The position numbers were made by a program, and so were the translations under genes. Source: Candidatus Methylomirabilota bacterium (GTDB taxonomy: Bacteria > Methylomirabilota > Methylomirabilia > Rokubacteriales > CSP1-6). From it: 64,000 nucleotides of DNA. The DNA lies in the NCBI GenBank assembly GCA_036265915.1, contig DATAOC010000019.1, positions 37,006-101,005 of the forward strand, written 5' to 3'. Under the pieces are notes generated by a model. It saw only the letters and a list, made by a program, of their open reading frames with translations. It was not told where the DNA came from and ran no database searches. Positions 1 to 9,037 of this stretch are shown here, one piece after another. Numbering within the stretch: the stretch's first letter is position 1; each line of letters opens with the position of its first letter.

Positions 1-476
1 TCTTCGGCGTCGTCCGCGGCTTCGTCCTCGTCTCGATCGGCGCCACGCTGGGCGCCACGCTGGCATTCCTCATCGGACGTCACCTGGCGCGCGAGGCGGT
101 GATGAAGCGGCTGGCCGGCAACGCCACCGTGGTCGCCATCGACACCGCGGTCGCCCGCGACGGGTGGAAGATCGTGCTGCTCACGCGGCTGTCGCCGCTC
201 TTTCCGTTCGTGTTCCTGAACTACATGTTCGGTCTGACCCGCGTGCCCCTGGGCGAGTACGTCGTGGCCTCCGCGATCGGGATGATGCCCGCCATCGCGC
301 TCTACACGTATCTCGGGTCGCTGGCGGGCGATGTCGCGGCGGCCGCGGCCGGCGCTCGCACGCGCTCGCCGTGGGAGTGGGCGCTCTACGCGGTGGGCCT
401 CGTCGCCACCCTGGCCGTCGCGCTCTACGTCACGCGGGTGGCGCGCCGCGCCCTCGACCGCCGCATCGCATCGTGA
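1..476 (+). CDS. TVP38/TMEM64 (SNARE-associated, DedA-like) membrane protein, 5'-truncated by window edge
   Basis: Frame 3 is open from the window start (FGVVRGFVLVSIGATLGATLAFLIGRHLAREAV...). It carries the family-typical hydrophobic motif LLTRLSPLFPFVFLNYMFGLT. Its stop TGA 474-476 overlaps the next start (GTGA). Confidence 0.8.
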   Translation, partial: FGVVRGFVLVSIGATLGATLAFLIGRHLAREAVMKRLAGNATVVAIDTAVARDGWKIVLLTRLSPLFPFVFLNYMFGLTRVPLGEYVVASAIGMMPAIALYTYLGSLAGDVAAAAAGARTRSPWEWALYAVGLVATLAVALYVTRVARRALDRRIAS

Positions 477-1990
477 CGCCGACGCTGACGCCGTGGGACG
501 AGCACAACCGCACGCTCGTGGCCAACGTGCACCCGCCGGGCTGGGTCAATCCCGCGCCGGCGGCCCGCTACAACGTGGTCGTCGTCGGTGCCGGCACGGC
601 GGGCCTCGTGACGGCGGCGGCCGCGGCCGGGCTCGGCGCCCGAGTCGCGCTGGTGGAGCGGCACCTCATGGGCGGAGATTGCCTCAACGTCGGGTGCGTG
701 CCGTCGAAGGCGCTGCTCCGGGCCGCACGAGCCGTTGCCGACGTGAGACGGGCCGGCGACTTCGGCGTCCGCGTCCCCGACGGCACGCATGTCGACTTCG
801 CTGCGGTGATGGAGCGCCTGCGCCGCGTGCGAGCGGCCATGAGCCCGGCCGATTCGGCCGCGCGCTTTCGCGGTCTCGGTGTCGACGTCTTTCTCGGCGC
901 CGCGCGATTCGTCGGCCCGGACACGGTGCGGGTCGGTGAGGCGCTACTGCGCTTCAGGCGTGCGGTCATCGCGACCGGCGCGCGAGCGGTCGTGCCGGAC
1001 ATCCCCGGCCTCGCGGAGGCCTCGTGCCTCACGAACGAGACGGTGTTCGATCTGACCGAGCTGCCGCGGCGTCTCGCCGTCATCGGAGGCGGCCCGATCG
1101 GCTGCGAGCTGGCGCAGGGCTTCGCTCGTCTCGGCGCCGCCGTCACCCTGCTCGACACGGCGTCGCGGATCCTGACGCGCGAGGACGTCGACGTGTCGGC
1201 GTGCGTGGAGCGGGCCCTCACGAGCGACGGCGTGCGCCTCGTCCTCGGCAGTGAGATCGTGAGCGTCCAGCGTGGCCCCGCCGGCGAGCGGACGCTTCAC
1301 GTGACGAGCGCGCAGGGCGCGGAGACGCTGACGGCCGACGCGATTGTCGTCGGCGCCGGGCGCGCGCCCAACGTCGAGGACCTCGGCCTCGCCGCCGCCG
1401 GCGTGGAGTTCGACGCCCGTCACGGCGTTCGGGTCGACGACCGGCTGCGCACGTCGAATCGCCGGATCTTCGCCGCCGGGGACGTCTGCTCGGACCACCG
1501 CTTCACTCACAACTCGGATGCCCAGGCGCGTATCGTGGTCCGGAACGCGCTCTTCTTCGGCCGGGCCCGGGCGAGCGCGCTGACGCTGCCGTGGTGTACG
1601 TATACCGATCCGGAGGTCGCCCACGTCGGACTCTCCGCGCGCGACGCCGAGGCCCGGGGCATCCGCGTGCGCACGTACGTGCGCGCGCTGGCCGACGTCG
1701 ACCGCGCCCGCCTCGACGGCGAGACGGACGGCTTCGTGAAGATCCACGTGCGCCCCGGCTCCGATCGCATCGTGGGCGGCATCGTCGTCGCCCGTCACGC
1801 GGGGGAGATCGTGTCCGCGCTGACCATGGCCATCGGCCATCGCATCGGCCTCGCGCGCCTCGCGAACGTCATCCATCCCTATCCGACACAGGCGGAGGCG
1901 ATCCGTGCGCTCGGCGATGCCTACAACCGCGAGCGGCTGACGCCGTGGACGAAGCGCGCGCTGCGCGCCTGGTTCGCCGCCCGGCGCTAG
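473..1990 (+). CDS. FAD-dependent pyridine nucleotide-disulfide oxidoreductase (mercuric reductase / dihydrolipoamide dehydrogenase-like)
   Basis: GTG 473 overlaps the upstream stop. The protein has an FAD Rossmann motif (VVVVGAGTAGL), a redox-active disulfide (GGDCLNVGCVPSK) and a second GxGxxG (VIGGGPIGCELA). It lacks an NmerA domain and a C-terminal Cys pair. The track ORF starting at 164 is an over-extension across the TVP38 gene. Confidence 0.85.
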   Translation: MTPTLTPWDEHNRTLVANVHPPGWVNPAPAARYNVVVVGAGTAGLVTAAAAAGLGARVALVERHLMGGDCLNVGCVPSKALLRAARAVADVRRAGDFGVRVPDGTHVDFAAVMERLRRVRAAMSPADSAARFRGLGVDVFLGAARFVGPDTVRVGEALLRFRRAVIATGARAVVPDIPGLAEASCLTNETVFDLTELPRRLAVIGGGPIGCELAQGFARLGAAVTLLDTASRILTREDVDVSACVERALTSDGVRLVLGSEIVSVQRGPAGERTLHVTSAQGAETLTADAIVVGAGRAPNVEDLGLAAAGVEFDARHGVRVDDRLRTSNRRIFAAGDVCSDHRFTHNSDAQARIVVRNALFFGRARASALTLPWCTYTDPEVAHVGLSARDAEARGIRVRTYVRALADVDRARLDGETDGFVKIHVRPGSDRIVGGIVVARHAGEIVSALTMAIGHRIGLARLANVIHPYPTQAEAIRALGDAYNRERLTPWTKRALRAWFAARR

Positions 1991-1991
1991 C

Positions 1992-2735
1992 GTGGCGGCT
2001 GCGGTGCGCGTCGGTGTGCTCGTGGTGGCGGTGGCGGTGATGGTGCACGCCATCGTCGCGGCCGGCGCTCCGCTGGTGGAGGTCGGACGGTTCAGCGCCC
2101 CCGCGGCTCCGGACGCGCTACCGCCCGGCTGGGAGCCGCTCGCGTTCAGGAGCGTCGCGCGGCACACGGAGTACCGGGTCGTGCGCGACGGCGACGGCTG
2201 GGTGCTGAGGGCGACCAGCGACGCCAGCGCGTCGGCGCTGTACCGTCGCCTCGATGTCGATGCGGCCGCCTATCCCCGGCTGACGTGGCGGTGGAAGGTC
2301 GACAACGTCGTCGCCACGGCCGACGCGCGGCGAAAGACGGGCGATGATTACGCCGCGCGCGTCTACGTCGTCTTTCGATACGACGCGGCGCGGGCGACGA
2401 CGTGGGAGCGGACGATGTATCGTGCCTACCGGCTCGTCTACGGGACCGATCCGCCCGCGAGCGCCATCAACTATGTCTGGGACAATCGCCTGCCGCCCGG
2501 CACGGCGCTCGACAATGCGTACACGAGCCGCGCGAAGATGCTCGTGCTGCGCAGCGGCACGGCCGAGATCGGGCGCTGGGTGACCGAGACGCGCAACGTG
2601 CTGGACGACTATCGCCGGCTGATCGGCGGCGACCCGCCCCGCATCGCGGCCGTGGCCGTGATGACCGACACCGACGACACCGGTGAGCGGGCGACCGCCT
2701 GGTACGACGCCATCGCGTTCCTTCCGCCGGAGTGA
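1992..2735 (+). CDS. DUF3047 domain protein (signal/anchor-bearing)
   Basis: GTG start lies 2 nt after the upstream stop. It has an N-terminal hydrophobic segment. The PGWEPLAF...RLTWRWKV...GDDYAARVYVVF pattern matches the DUF3047 family as I recall it. Confidence 0.75.
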   Translation: MAAAVRVGVLVVAVAVMVHAIVAAGAPLVEVGRFSAPAAPDALPPGWEPLAFRSVARHTEYRVVRDGDGWVLRATSDASASALYRRLDVDAAAYPRLTWRWKVDNVVATADARRKTGDDYAARVYVVFRYDAARATTWERTMYRAYRLVYGTDPPASAINYVWDNRLPPGTALDNAYTSRAKMLVLRSGTAEIGRWVTETRNVLDDYRRLIGGDPPRIAAVAVMTDTDDTGERATAWYDAIAFLPPE

Positions 2736-2738
2736 GCG

Positions 2739-3428
2739 ATGCGCCTGTCCATCATCATCCCCGCGCTCGATGAGCGCGCGAACCTCGCGCGCCTGCTGCC
2801 CGAGCTGCTGGCGCGCGAGCCGGACGCCGAGCTCATCGTGGTGGACGGCGGCAGCACGGACGACAGCCACGCCGTGGTGGCCCGCGTCGCCGGTGTGCGA
2901 TGGGTGCGCAGCGCGCCCGGGCGCGCGCGCCAGATGAACGCCGGCGTCGCCGCCGCGCACGGTGACGTGCTGCTGTTCCTGCACGCGGATACCGCGCTGC
3001 CCGACGGGGCCGGTCGCGCCATCCGTGCCGCGCTGGCCGACCCGGCGGTCGTGGCGGGGCGATTCGACGTCCGGCTCGACAGCCGGCGGCCGCTGCTCCG
3101 CGTGGTCGCGTGGATGATGAACCGCCGGTCGCGACTCACGGGCATCTCCACCGGCGATCAGGCGATCTTCGTGCGCCGCGCGGTGTTCGACGCGCTCGGC
3201 GGCTACGCGGACATCCCTCTGATGGAGGACGTGGAGCTCACGCGCCGCCTGAAGCGGCGCGGTCGGCTGGCCGCGCTGCCACTGCGGGTCACCACCTCCG
3301 CGCGCAAGTGGGAGCGCGAGGGCGCGATCCGGACGATCGTGCTCATGTGGTCGCTTCGCCTGTGCTACGCGCTCGGCGTGGCGCCCGCCCGCCTGCACCG
3401 CTGGTACTACGGGGCGCGCCGTGACTAG
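2739..3428 (+). CDS. GT-A fold glycosyltransferase of the 'transferase 2, rSAM/selenodomain-associated' (arsenosugar-type, TIGR04283-like) family
   Basis: N-terminus MRLSIIIPALDE and DGGSTD motif are typical of the GT2 fold. The LFLHADT motif is present. Tightly packed with both flanking genes (3-nt gap after DUF3047, 8-nt overlap with the next gene). Confidence 0.8.
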   Translation: MRLSIIIPALDERANLARLLPELLAREPDAELIVVDGGSTDDSHAVVARVAGVRWVRSAPGRARQMNAGVAAAHGDVLLFLHADTALPDGAGRAIRAALADPAVVAGRFDVRLDSRRPLLRVVAWMMNRRSRLTGISTGDQAIFVRRAVFDALGGYADIPLMEDVELTRRLKRRGRLAALPLRVTTSARKWEREGAIRTIVLMWSLRLCYALGVAPARLHRWYYGARRD

Positions 3429-4134
3429 CGCGGCGCGCGCGGTGATCGCCGTCATGGCGAAGGCACCGCGCCCGGGACGCGTCAAGACGCGGCTGTCACC
3501 AGCGCTCTCCCGCGTCGCCGCCGCGCGTCTGGCGCGCGCGCTCTTGCTCGACACACTCGACACGGTGAGGCAGGTCCGCGGCGTACACCGCGTGGTGCTG
3601 TACGCTCCGCGACGCTCGCGCGCGTCGTTCAGGCAGCTCGCGGGCGACTTCGAGCCGATCGCGCAGCGCGCCGGTGATCTGGGACGCCGCCTGGCCCTGG
3701 CCTTCCGCGACTTGCACGCGCTCGGCCGGGGGCCGGTCGTCGTCATCGGCGGCGATGCGCCGGCGCTTCCGGCCGCCGTCCTCACGCGGGCGATCCGCGT
3801 GCTCGCCGACGGCCGCCACGGTGCCGTTCTCGGCCCCAGCGCCGATGGCGGCTACTACTTGATCGGCTCGCGCCGCCCGTGCGCGGCGCTCTTCCGCGGC
3901 ATCGCGTGGAGCTCGCCCGCCGTCTTCTCGCAGACGCTCGCCCGCGCACGGCGGCAGCGGCTTGCCGTCGCCGTCCTGCCGCGATGGTGGGACGTCGACA
4001 CGCCGGCCGATGTCGAGCGCTTGAGGCGATGGCTGGCCGCTCATCCCACGCGGCTGCCACACACGCGTCGCTGCCTGCGAGCGCTCGGCGTGACACCGGC
4101 GCGGCGTCATTCCGTCAGGGATGCGACACGATGA
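3421..4134 (+). CDS. DUF2064 / TIGR04282-like transferase ('transferase 1, rSAM/selenodomain-associated')
   Basis: GTG 3421 overlaps the upstream gene by 8 nt. AVIAVMAKAPRPGRVKTRL and DGGYYLIG motifs are characteristic of DUF2064. Confidence 0.8.
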   Translation: MTSAARAVIAVMAKAPRPGRVKTRLSPALSRVAAARLARALLLDTLDTVRQVRGVHRVVLYAPRRSRASFRQLAGDFEPIAQRAGDLGRRLALAFRDLHALGRGPVVVIGGDAPALPAAVLTRAIRVLADGRHGAVLGPSADGGYYLIGSRRPCAALFRGIAWSSPAVFSQTLARARRQRLAVAVLPRWWDVDTPADVERLRRWLAAHPTRLPHTRRCLRALGVTPARRHSVRDATR

Positions 4135-4249
4135 CGCCTGCGGTGCATGTGGCAGCGGCGTGCGCCGCGGCCACCGGCGGCACTCGCGTCAGCTCGGGCA
4201 CGTGTGATGCACGTTCGTATGACGAGAGGTGTTAGAGGGAGGAAGGAAG

Positions 4250-5068
4250 ATGGACAGAGGTAATCGCTACCGCGATCCCGGCGTGCGCGACACCATCGCG
4301 TGGGCCAGCGGGATCACGTTCCTGGCTGGGCTGTGGCTCATCGTGTCGTCGTTCCTGTTCGGGCCCTTCGCGGGCGCGGGCGGCGGGTCGTGGAACAGCC
4401 TGATCGTCGGCATCGTCATCGCCGTACTGGCCGCCTGGCGTGCGACCGCGGCCTTCGACGCACCGGGTCTCAGCGGCATCAACGCCGTGCTCGGAGCCTG
4501 GATGATCGCGGCGCCGTTCGTGCTGGCGTACATGGATAATCCGGGCCGCGCGTGGAGCTCGATCATCGCCGGGTTCATCATCGTCATCTCGGCGACGCAG
4601 AGCGCGACGGCGCTGCCCGAATCCGAGCACGAAACGTACACGACCCGGTCGGCCTATGACGCCGCGACATCGCCGTCCCGGCTCTTCCCGTACATGTGGC
4701 CATACGCTTACGGCGGCTCCGCCTTCGGCCCCGCCGGATGGCCGCCGGAGGGGACCCAGGGATGGCGCCGCGAGGACGTCGGTGCGCCCGGTCAGTACCG
4801 CGGACGCGGACCGCGCGGCTGGCGGAGGACCGACGAGCAGATCCACCAGGCGATCGCCGAACGGATGGCGGACAACGCGGATCTCGACGCCAGCGAGATC
4901 GACATGGACGTGCGCGATGGCATCGTCACGCTCCGTGGCGCCGTCAGCAGCCGGTCGACGAAGCGGCTGGCGGAGGACATCGCCGAGTCGGTCGGCGGCG
5001 TGGAGGACGTGCGGAACGAGATCCGCGTACGCGGCGATCGCGCGCCGGGAGTGCGGCGCGCGGCGTGA
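4250..5068 (+). CDS. SPW-repeat membrane protein with C-terminal BON domain
   Basis: ATG 4250 is preceded by AGGGAGGAAGG. The protein has four hydrophobic SPW-type repeats (e.g. GLWLIVSSFLFGP, GAWMIAAPFVLAY). The C-terminal part is a BON-like domain (IDMDVRDGIVTLRGAVSS...VEDVRNEIRV). Confidence 0.75.
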   Translation: MDRGNRYRDPGVRDTIAWASGITFLAGLWLIVSSFLFGPFAGAGGGSWNSLIVGIVIAVLAAWRATAAFDAPGLSGINAVLGAWMIAAPFVLAYMDNPGRAWSSIIAGFIIVISATQSATALPESEHETYTTRSAYDAATSPSRLFPYMWPYAYGGSAFGPAGWPPEGTQGWRREDVGAPGQYRGRGPRGWRRTDEQIHQAIAERMADNADLDASEIDMDVRDGIVTLRGAVSSRSTKRLAEDIAESVGGVEDVRNEIRVRGDRAPGVRRAA

Positions 5069-5240
5069 CGCGGTCCTGGTCGGTGCGGCGCTCGGCGTCA
5101 GCGTGTCGTGAGCGCGACATGATGACGCCGAACGGCCTCCGGCAGCCGCGAAAAACGCGGTGTTTCCGTCTGGCGCGCGGATTGCGACGGTGACCGGGCG
5201 ACGGCGGCAGTGGTGATCAGCACCTCGGCCGCCGGCGTTC

Positions 5241-5281
5241 GCGCGACCGCCGTATCTCGCACCCCCCTACGGCGGTCGCGC
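5241..5281. terminator. GC-rich hairpin between convergent genes (14-bp perfect stem)
   Basis: GCGCGACCGCCGTA (5241-5254) pairs perfectly with TACGGCGGTCGCGC (5268-5281) across a 13-nt loop. The hairpin sits 20 nt beyond the yejF stop and about 170 nt after the BON gene stop. There is no U-tract. Confidence 0.55.
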
Positions 5282-5301
5282 GAATGTGGGTCTGCGCCGG
5301 C

Positions 5302-6912
5302 TCACGGTTCCTGATCCACCGCCTCGAGGTCGAGCGCGGCGGCCAGGAGCGCACGCGTGTACGGCTCGCGCGGGGCCGCGAACAGCTGCTCGGTGGCGGC
5401 GCGCTCGACCACGCGGCCGTGTCGCAGCACCACGATCTCGTCGCTCATGGCGCGCACGACCTTCAGATCGTGGCTGATGAAGAGGTACGCGAGCCGGTGG
5501 CGTGCCTGCAGCTCCCGCAGCAGATCCACGATCTGGGCCTGGACCGACATGTCGAGGGCGGAGGTCGGCTCGTCGAGAACGACGAAGCGGGGTCGTAGCA
5601 CCATGGCGCGCGCGATGGCGATTCGCTGGCGCTGCCCGCCCGAGAACTCGTGCGGATAGCGGTCGCGAAGCGCCGGATCGAGGCCGACCTCGGCGAGCGC
5701 CGCGTCGACGCGGTCACGTCGCTCGGCGGCGGTGGCGCCGATGGAATGCACGCCCAGCCCCTCACCGACGATCTGCGCGATCGACATCCGCGGCGACAGC
5801 GCGCCGAACGGATCCTGAAAGACGACCTGCAGCTCGCGCCGTAGTGGCCGCACCTCGCGCGCGGACAGGCGCAGGAGATCGCGCCCGCCGGCCCGCACGC
5901 GGCCCTGGCAGGCCTGGAGTCGCACCATGGCCAGTCCGAGCGTCGTCTTGCCCGATCCGCTCTCGCCGACGACGCCCACCGTCTGTCCTTCACGGACCGC
6001 GAGGCTGACGCCATCGACCGCCTTCACGTGGTCCACGACGCGCCTGAAGAGACCGCGGCGCACGGGAAACCAGACGCGGACGTCGTCGGCCTCGATGACG
6101 ATCGGCGCGTCGGCACGCGGGGCGCGCGGCCGCGGCGCCGGCTCGGCGGCGAGGAGCCGCCGCGTGTAGGGATGACGGGCGTGCGTGAAAATTTGCTCCA
6201 CCGGGCCGGCCTCGACGATCTCGCCCGCCTGCATGACGGCGACGCGCTCCGCCATCTTGCGCACGACCGCGAGGTCGTGGGTGATCAGGAGCAGCGCCAT
6301 GCCGAACTTCGCCTGCAAGCGGCGCAGGAGGTCGAGGATCTGCGCCTGGATCGTCACGTCGAGCGCCGTCGTCGGCTCGTCGGCGATGAGCAGGTCCGGC
6401 TCGTTGGCAAGTGCCATGGCGATCATCACGCGCTGCCGCTGCCCACCGGAGAGCTGGTGCGGGTAAGCGTCCAGCCGGCGCTCGGCTTCCGGCAGCCCGA
6501 CGAGGCGCAAGAGCTCGAGCGTCCGGGCACGCGCGGCCGGGCGCGACAGGCCGCGGTGGACGCGCAGCGTCTCGTTCACCTGCTTCTCGATGGTGTGCAG
6601 CGGATTGAGCGAGGTCATCGGCTCCTGGAAGATCATGGCGACCCGATCCCCGCGGATGCGCTCCATGTCCGGCTCCGGGGCGCCGAGCAGCTCACGGTCC
6701 TGAAAGCGGATGCTGCCGGCCGGGTGACGGGCGCGCGGGTAGGGCAGGAGCTGCATGATCGACAGCGCCGTGACCGACTTGCCCGAGCCGCTCTCGCCGA
6801 CGAGCGCCAGCGTCTCGCCCCGGTCCAGCGCGAACGACACTCCGCGCACGGCCGCCACCTCGCCGCCGTCAACGGCGAACGAGACGGCGAGATCCTGCAC
6901 GGCAAGGAGCAT
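5302..6912 (-). CDS. yejF: ABC transporter ATP-binding protein with duplicated ATPase domains (YejF-type)
   Basis: Starts [12 protein letters not shown]. It has two Walker A motifs ([18 protein letters not shown]) and two LSGGQRQR signatures, with strong remembered similarity to E. coli YejF. Its ATG overlaps the yejE stop (ATGA at 6910-6914). The 784-aa track ORF is over-extended. Confidence 0.9.
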   Translation of the reverse strand: MLLAVQDLAVSFAVDGGEVAAVRGVSFALDRGETLALVGESGSGKSVTALSIMQLLPYPRARHPAGSIRFQDRELLGAPEPDMERIRGDRVAMIFQEPMTSLNPLHTIEKQVNETLRVHRGLSRPAARARTLELLRLVGLPEAERRLDAYPHQLSGGQRQRVMIAMALANEPDLLIADEPTTALDVTIQAQILDLLRRLQAKFGMALLLITHDLAVVRKMAERVAVMQAGEIVEAGPVEQIFTHARHPYTRRLLAAEPAPRPRAPRADAPIVIEADDVRVWFPVRRGLFRRVVDHVKAVDGVSLAVREGQTVGVVGESGSGKTTLGLAMVRLQACQGRVRAGGRDLLRLSAREVRPLRRELQVVFQDPFGALSPRMSIAQIVGEGLGVHSIGATAAERRDRVDAALAEVGLDPALRDRYPHEFSGGQRQRIAIARAMVLRPRFVVLDEPTSALDMSVQAQIVDLLRELQARHRLAYLFISHDLKVVRAMSDEIVVLRHGRVVERAATEQLFAAPREPYTRALLAAALDLEAVDQEP

Positions 6913-7934
6913 CAACGTACCTTGCGGGGATCGAAGGCGTCCCGGACCGCCTCGCCGACGAAGACGAGCAGCGAGAGCATGACCGCGAGCACCGCGAAGG
7001 CGGTGACGCCGAGCCACGGTGCCTGGAGGTTGGTCTTGCCCTGCGCGAGGATCTCGCCGAGCGAGGCGGAGCCGGGCGGCAGGCCGAAGCCGAGGAAGTC
7101 GAGCGACGTGAGCGTGGTGATGGAGCCGTTCAGGATGAAGGGCAGGAACGTCAGGGTGGCCACCATGGCGTTCGGGAGCAGATGGCGACGCATGATCGCC
7201 GCGTTGCTGACGCCGAGGGCGCGCGCGGCTCGCACGTAATCCAGGTTGCGCGCGCGCAGGAACTCCGCGCGCACGACACCGACCAGCGTCATCCAGGAGA
7301 ACAGCAGCATGAGGGCCAGCAGCCACCAGAAGTTCGGCTGCACGATGCTGGCGAGGATGATGAGCAGATAGAGCACGGGCAGGCCGGACCACACCTCGAT
7401 GCCGCGCTGGAAGAGGAGGTCCACCCAGCCGCCGAAGTAGCCCTGCACGGCGCCGGCCGCCACGCCGATCAAGGATGCTCCCAGGGTCAGCGTCAGCCCG
7501 AACAGCACGGAGATGCGGAAGCCGTACACGAGGCGGGCCAGGAGATCGCGGCCGACGTCGTCGGTGCCCAGCCAGTGGCGCGCCGACGGCGCCGATGGCG
7601 CCGACCCTGGCAGCTGCCAATCGATGGTGTCGTACCGATAGGGCACCGGCGGCCACAGCATGAAGCCGTGCGCCTCGATGAGAGCGCGCACGGCCGGATC
7701 GCGATAGGCGGCCTCGGTGGGCAGCACGCCGCCGAACGCCGTCTCGGGATAGGCGCGCACGACGGGGACGTACAGCCGTCCGTCGTAGCGGACGAGAAGC
7801 GGGCGGTCATTGGCGATGACCTCGGCGATCAGGGACAGCCCGAAGAGCACGAGGAAGACCCAGAGCGACCAGTGGCCGCGCCGGTTGGCGCGAAAGGCGG
7901 CCAGGCGCCGGCGCGTGAGCGGCGACAGCGTCAT
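6912..7934 (-). CDS. yejE: ABC transporter permease (YejE-type)
   Basis: The N-terminus MTLSPLTRRRLAAFRANRRGHWSLWVFLVLFGLSLIAEVIANDRPLLVRYDG is near-collinear with E. coli YejE. ATGA overlaps occur at both ends. Confidence 0.9.
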   Translation of the reverse strand: MTLSPLTRRRLAAFRANRRGHWSLWVFLVLFGLSLIAEVIANDRPLLVRYDGRLYVPVVRAYPETAFGGVLPTEAAYRDPAVRALIEAHGFMLWPPVPYRYDTIDWQLPGSAPSAPSARHWLGTDDVGRDLLARLVYGFRISVLFGLTLTLGASLIGVAAGAVQGYFGGWVDLLFQRGIEVWSGLPVLYLLIILASIVQPNFWWLLALMLLFSWMTLVGVVRAEFLRARNLDYVRAARALGVSNAAIMRRHLLPNAMVATLTFLPFILNGSITTLTSLDFLGFGLPPGSASLGEILAQGKTNLQAPWLGVTAFAVLAVMLSLLVFVGEAVRDAFDPRKVR

Positions 7935-9037
7935 GTGTCGCGTCGCTCGAAGTCGATGCGAGGGTCGATGGCGACGTACGTGAGATCGGTGACGATGCCG
8001 AGGAGCAGACCGACCAGCGTGTAGATGTAGAGTGTGCCGAACATCACGGGGTAGTCGCGATTGACGGCTGCCTCGAACCCGAGCAGCCCGAGGCCGTCGA
8101 GCGAGAAGATGACCTCGATCAGCAGCGCGCTCGTGAACAGGATGCCGACGAAGGCGCCCGGGAAGCCCGCCACCACGATCAGCATCGCGTTGCGGAAGAC
8201 GTGTCCGTAGAGCACGCGCCGCCGTGTCAGGCCCTTGGCGCGCGCGGTGGCGACGTACTGGCGGTTGATCTCGTCGAGGAACGAGTTCTTGGTCAGCATG
8301 GCGAGCCCAGCGAATCCACCCGCCACCATGGCCGTGACCGGCAGCACGAGGTGCCACAGATAATCCAGCAGACGGGCCGGCCACGACAGCATCGCCCACG
8401 TGTCCGAGGTGAGCCCGCGCAGCGGAAACCACTGCACGAACGAGCCGCCCGCGAAGAGCACGACGAGCAGGATCGCGAAGAGGAATCCGGGGATCGCGTA
8501 GCCGACGATGACGAGCGCGCTCGTCCACAGGTCGAACGGCGTGCCGTCGCGCGTGGCCTTCGCCACGCCGAGCGGGATCGACACCAGATAGACGAGCAGG
8601 GTGGTCCACAGCCCGAGCGAGATCGAGACGGGGAGCTTCTCCAGCAGCAGCCCGAGCACGGGCCGGTCGCGGTAGAAGCTCGTGCCCAGGTCGAAGACCG
8701 CGTAGTTCCGCATCATGGTGACGAACCGCACCCAGGCCGGCTTGTCGAAGCCGAACTGCTTCTCGAGCTGGCGGATGAGCTCGGGATCGACACCGCGGCT
8801 GGCGCGCGAGAGATTGTCATCGCCGCTCCCCGGCGATCGCCGCACGCCGCCGCCCGTCTCCCCGACGCCGGTGCTGCCGACGCGCGCGGTGGCGTCGGCG
8901 CCGTGACCGCGCAGCCGGGCGATCATGAGATCCACCGGACCGCCGGGCGCGGCCTGGACGATCAGGAAGTTGGCCAGCATGATGCCGATCAGCGTCGGGA
9001 TGACGAGCAGCAGCCGCCGCGCGAGATAGGCGAGCAT
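7931..9037 (-). CDS. yejB: ABC transporter permease (YejB-type)
   Basis: The N-terminus MLAYLARRLLLVIPTLIGIMLANFLIVQAAPGGPVD resembles YejB. It carries the permease motif YVATARAKGL. ATGA overlaps occur at both ends. Confidence 0.9.
   Translation of the reverse strand: MLAYLARRLLLVIPTLIGIMLANFLIVQAAPGGPVDLMIARLRGHGADATARVGSTGVGETGGGVRRSPGSGDDNLSRASRGVDPELIRQLEKQFGFDKPAWVRFVTMMRNYAVFDLGTSFYRDRPVLGLLLEKLPVSISLGLWTTLLVYLVSIPLGVAKATRDGTPFDLWTSALVIVGYAIPGFLFAILLVVLFAGGSFVQWFPLRGLTSDTWAMLSWPARLLDYLWHLVLPVTAMVAGGFAGLAMLTKNSFLDEINRQYVATARAKGLTRRRVLYGHVFRNAMLIVVAGFPGAFVGILFTSALLIEVIFSLDGLGLLGFEAAVNRDYPVMFGTLYIYTLVGLLLGIVTDLTYVAIDPRIDFERRDT

Noticed and set aside
4150-4164. TGGCAGcggcgTGCG upstream of the SPW/BON gene as a sigma-54 promoter
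   Set aside because: The spacing is GG-N9-GC, one short of the strict requirement, and the -12 element is poor.
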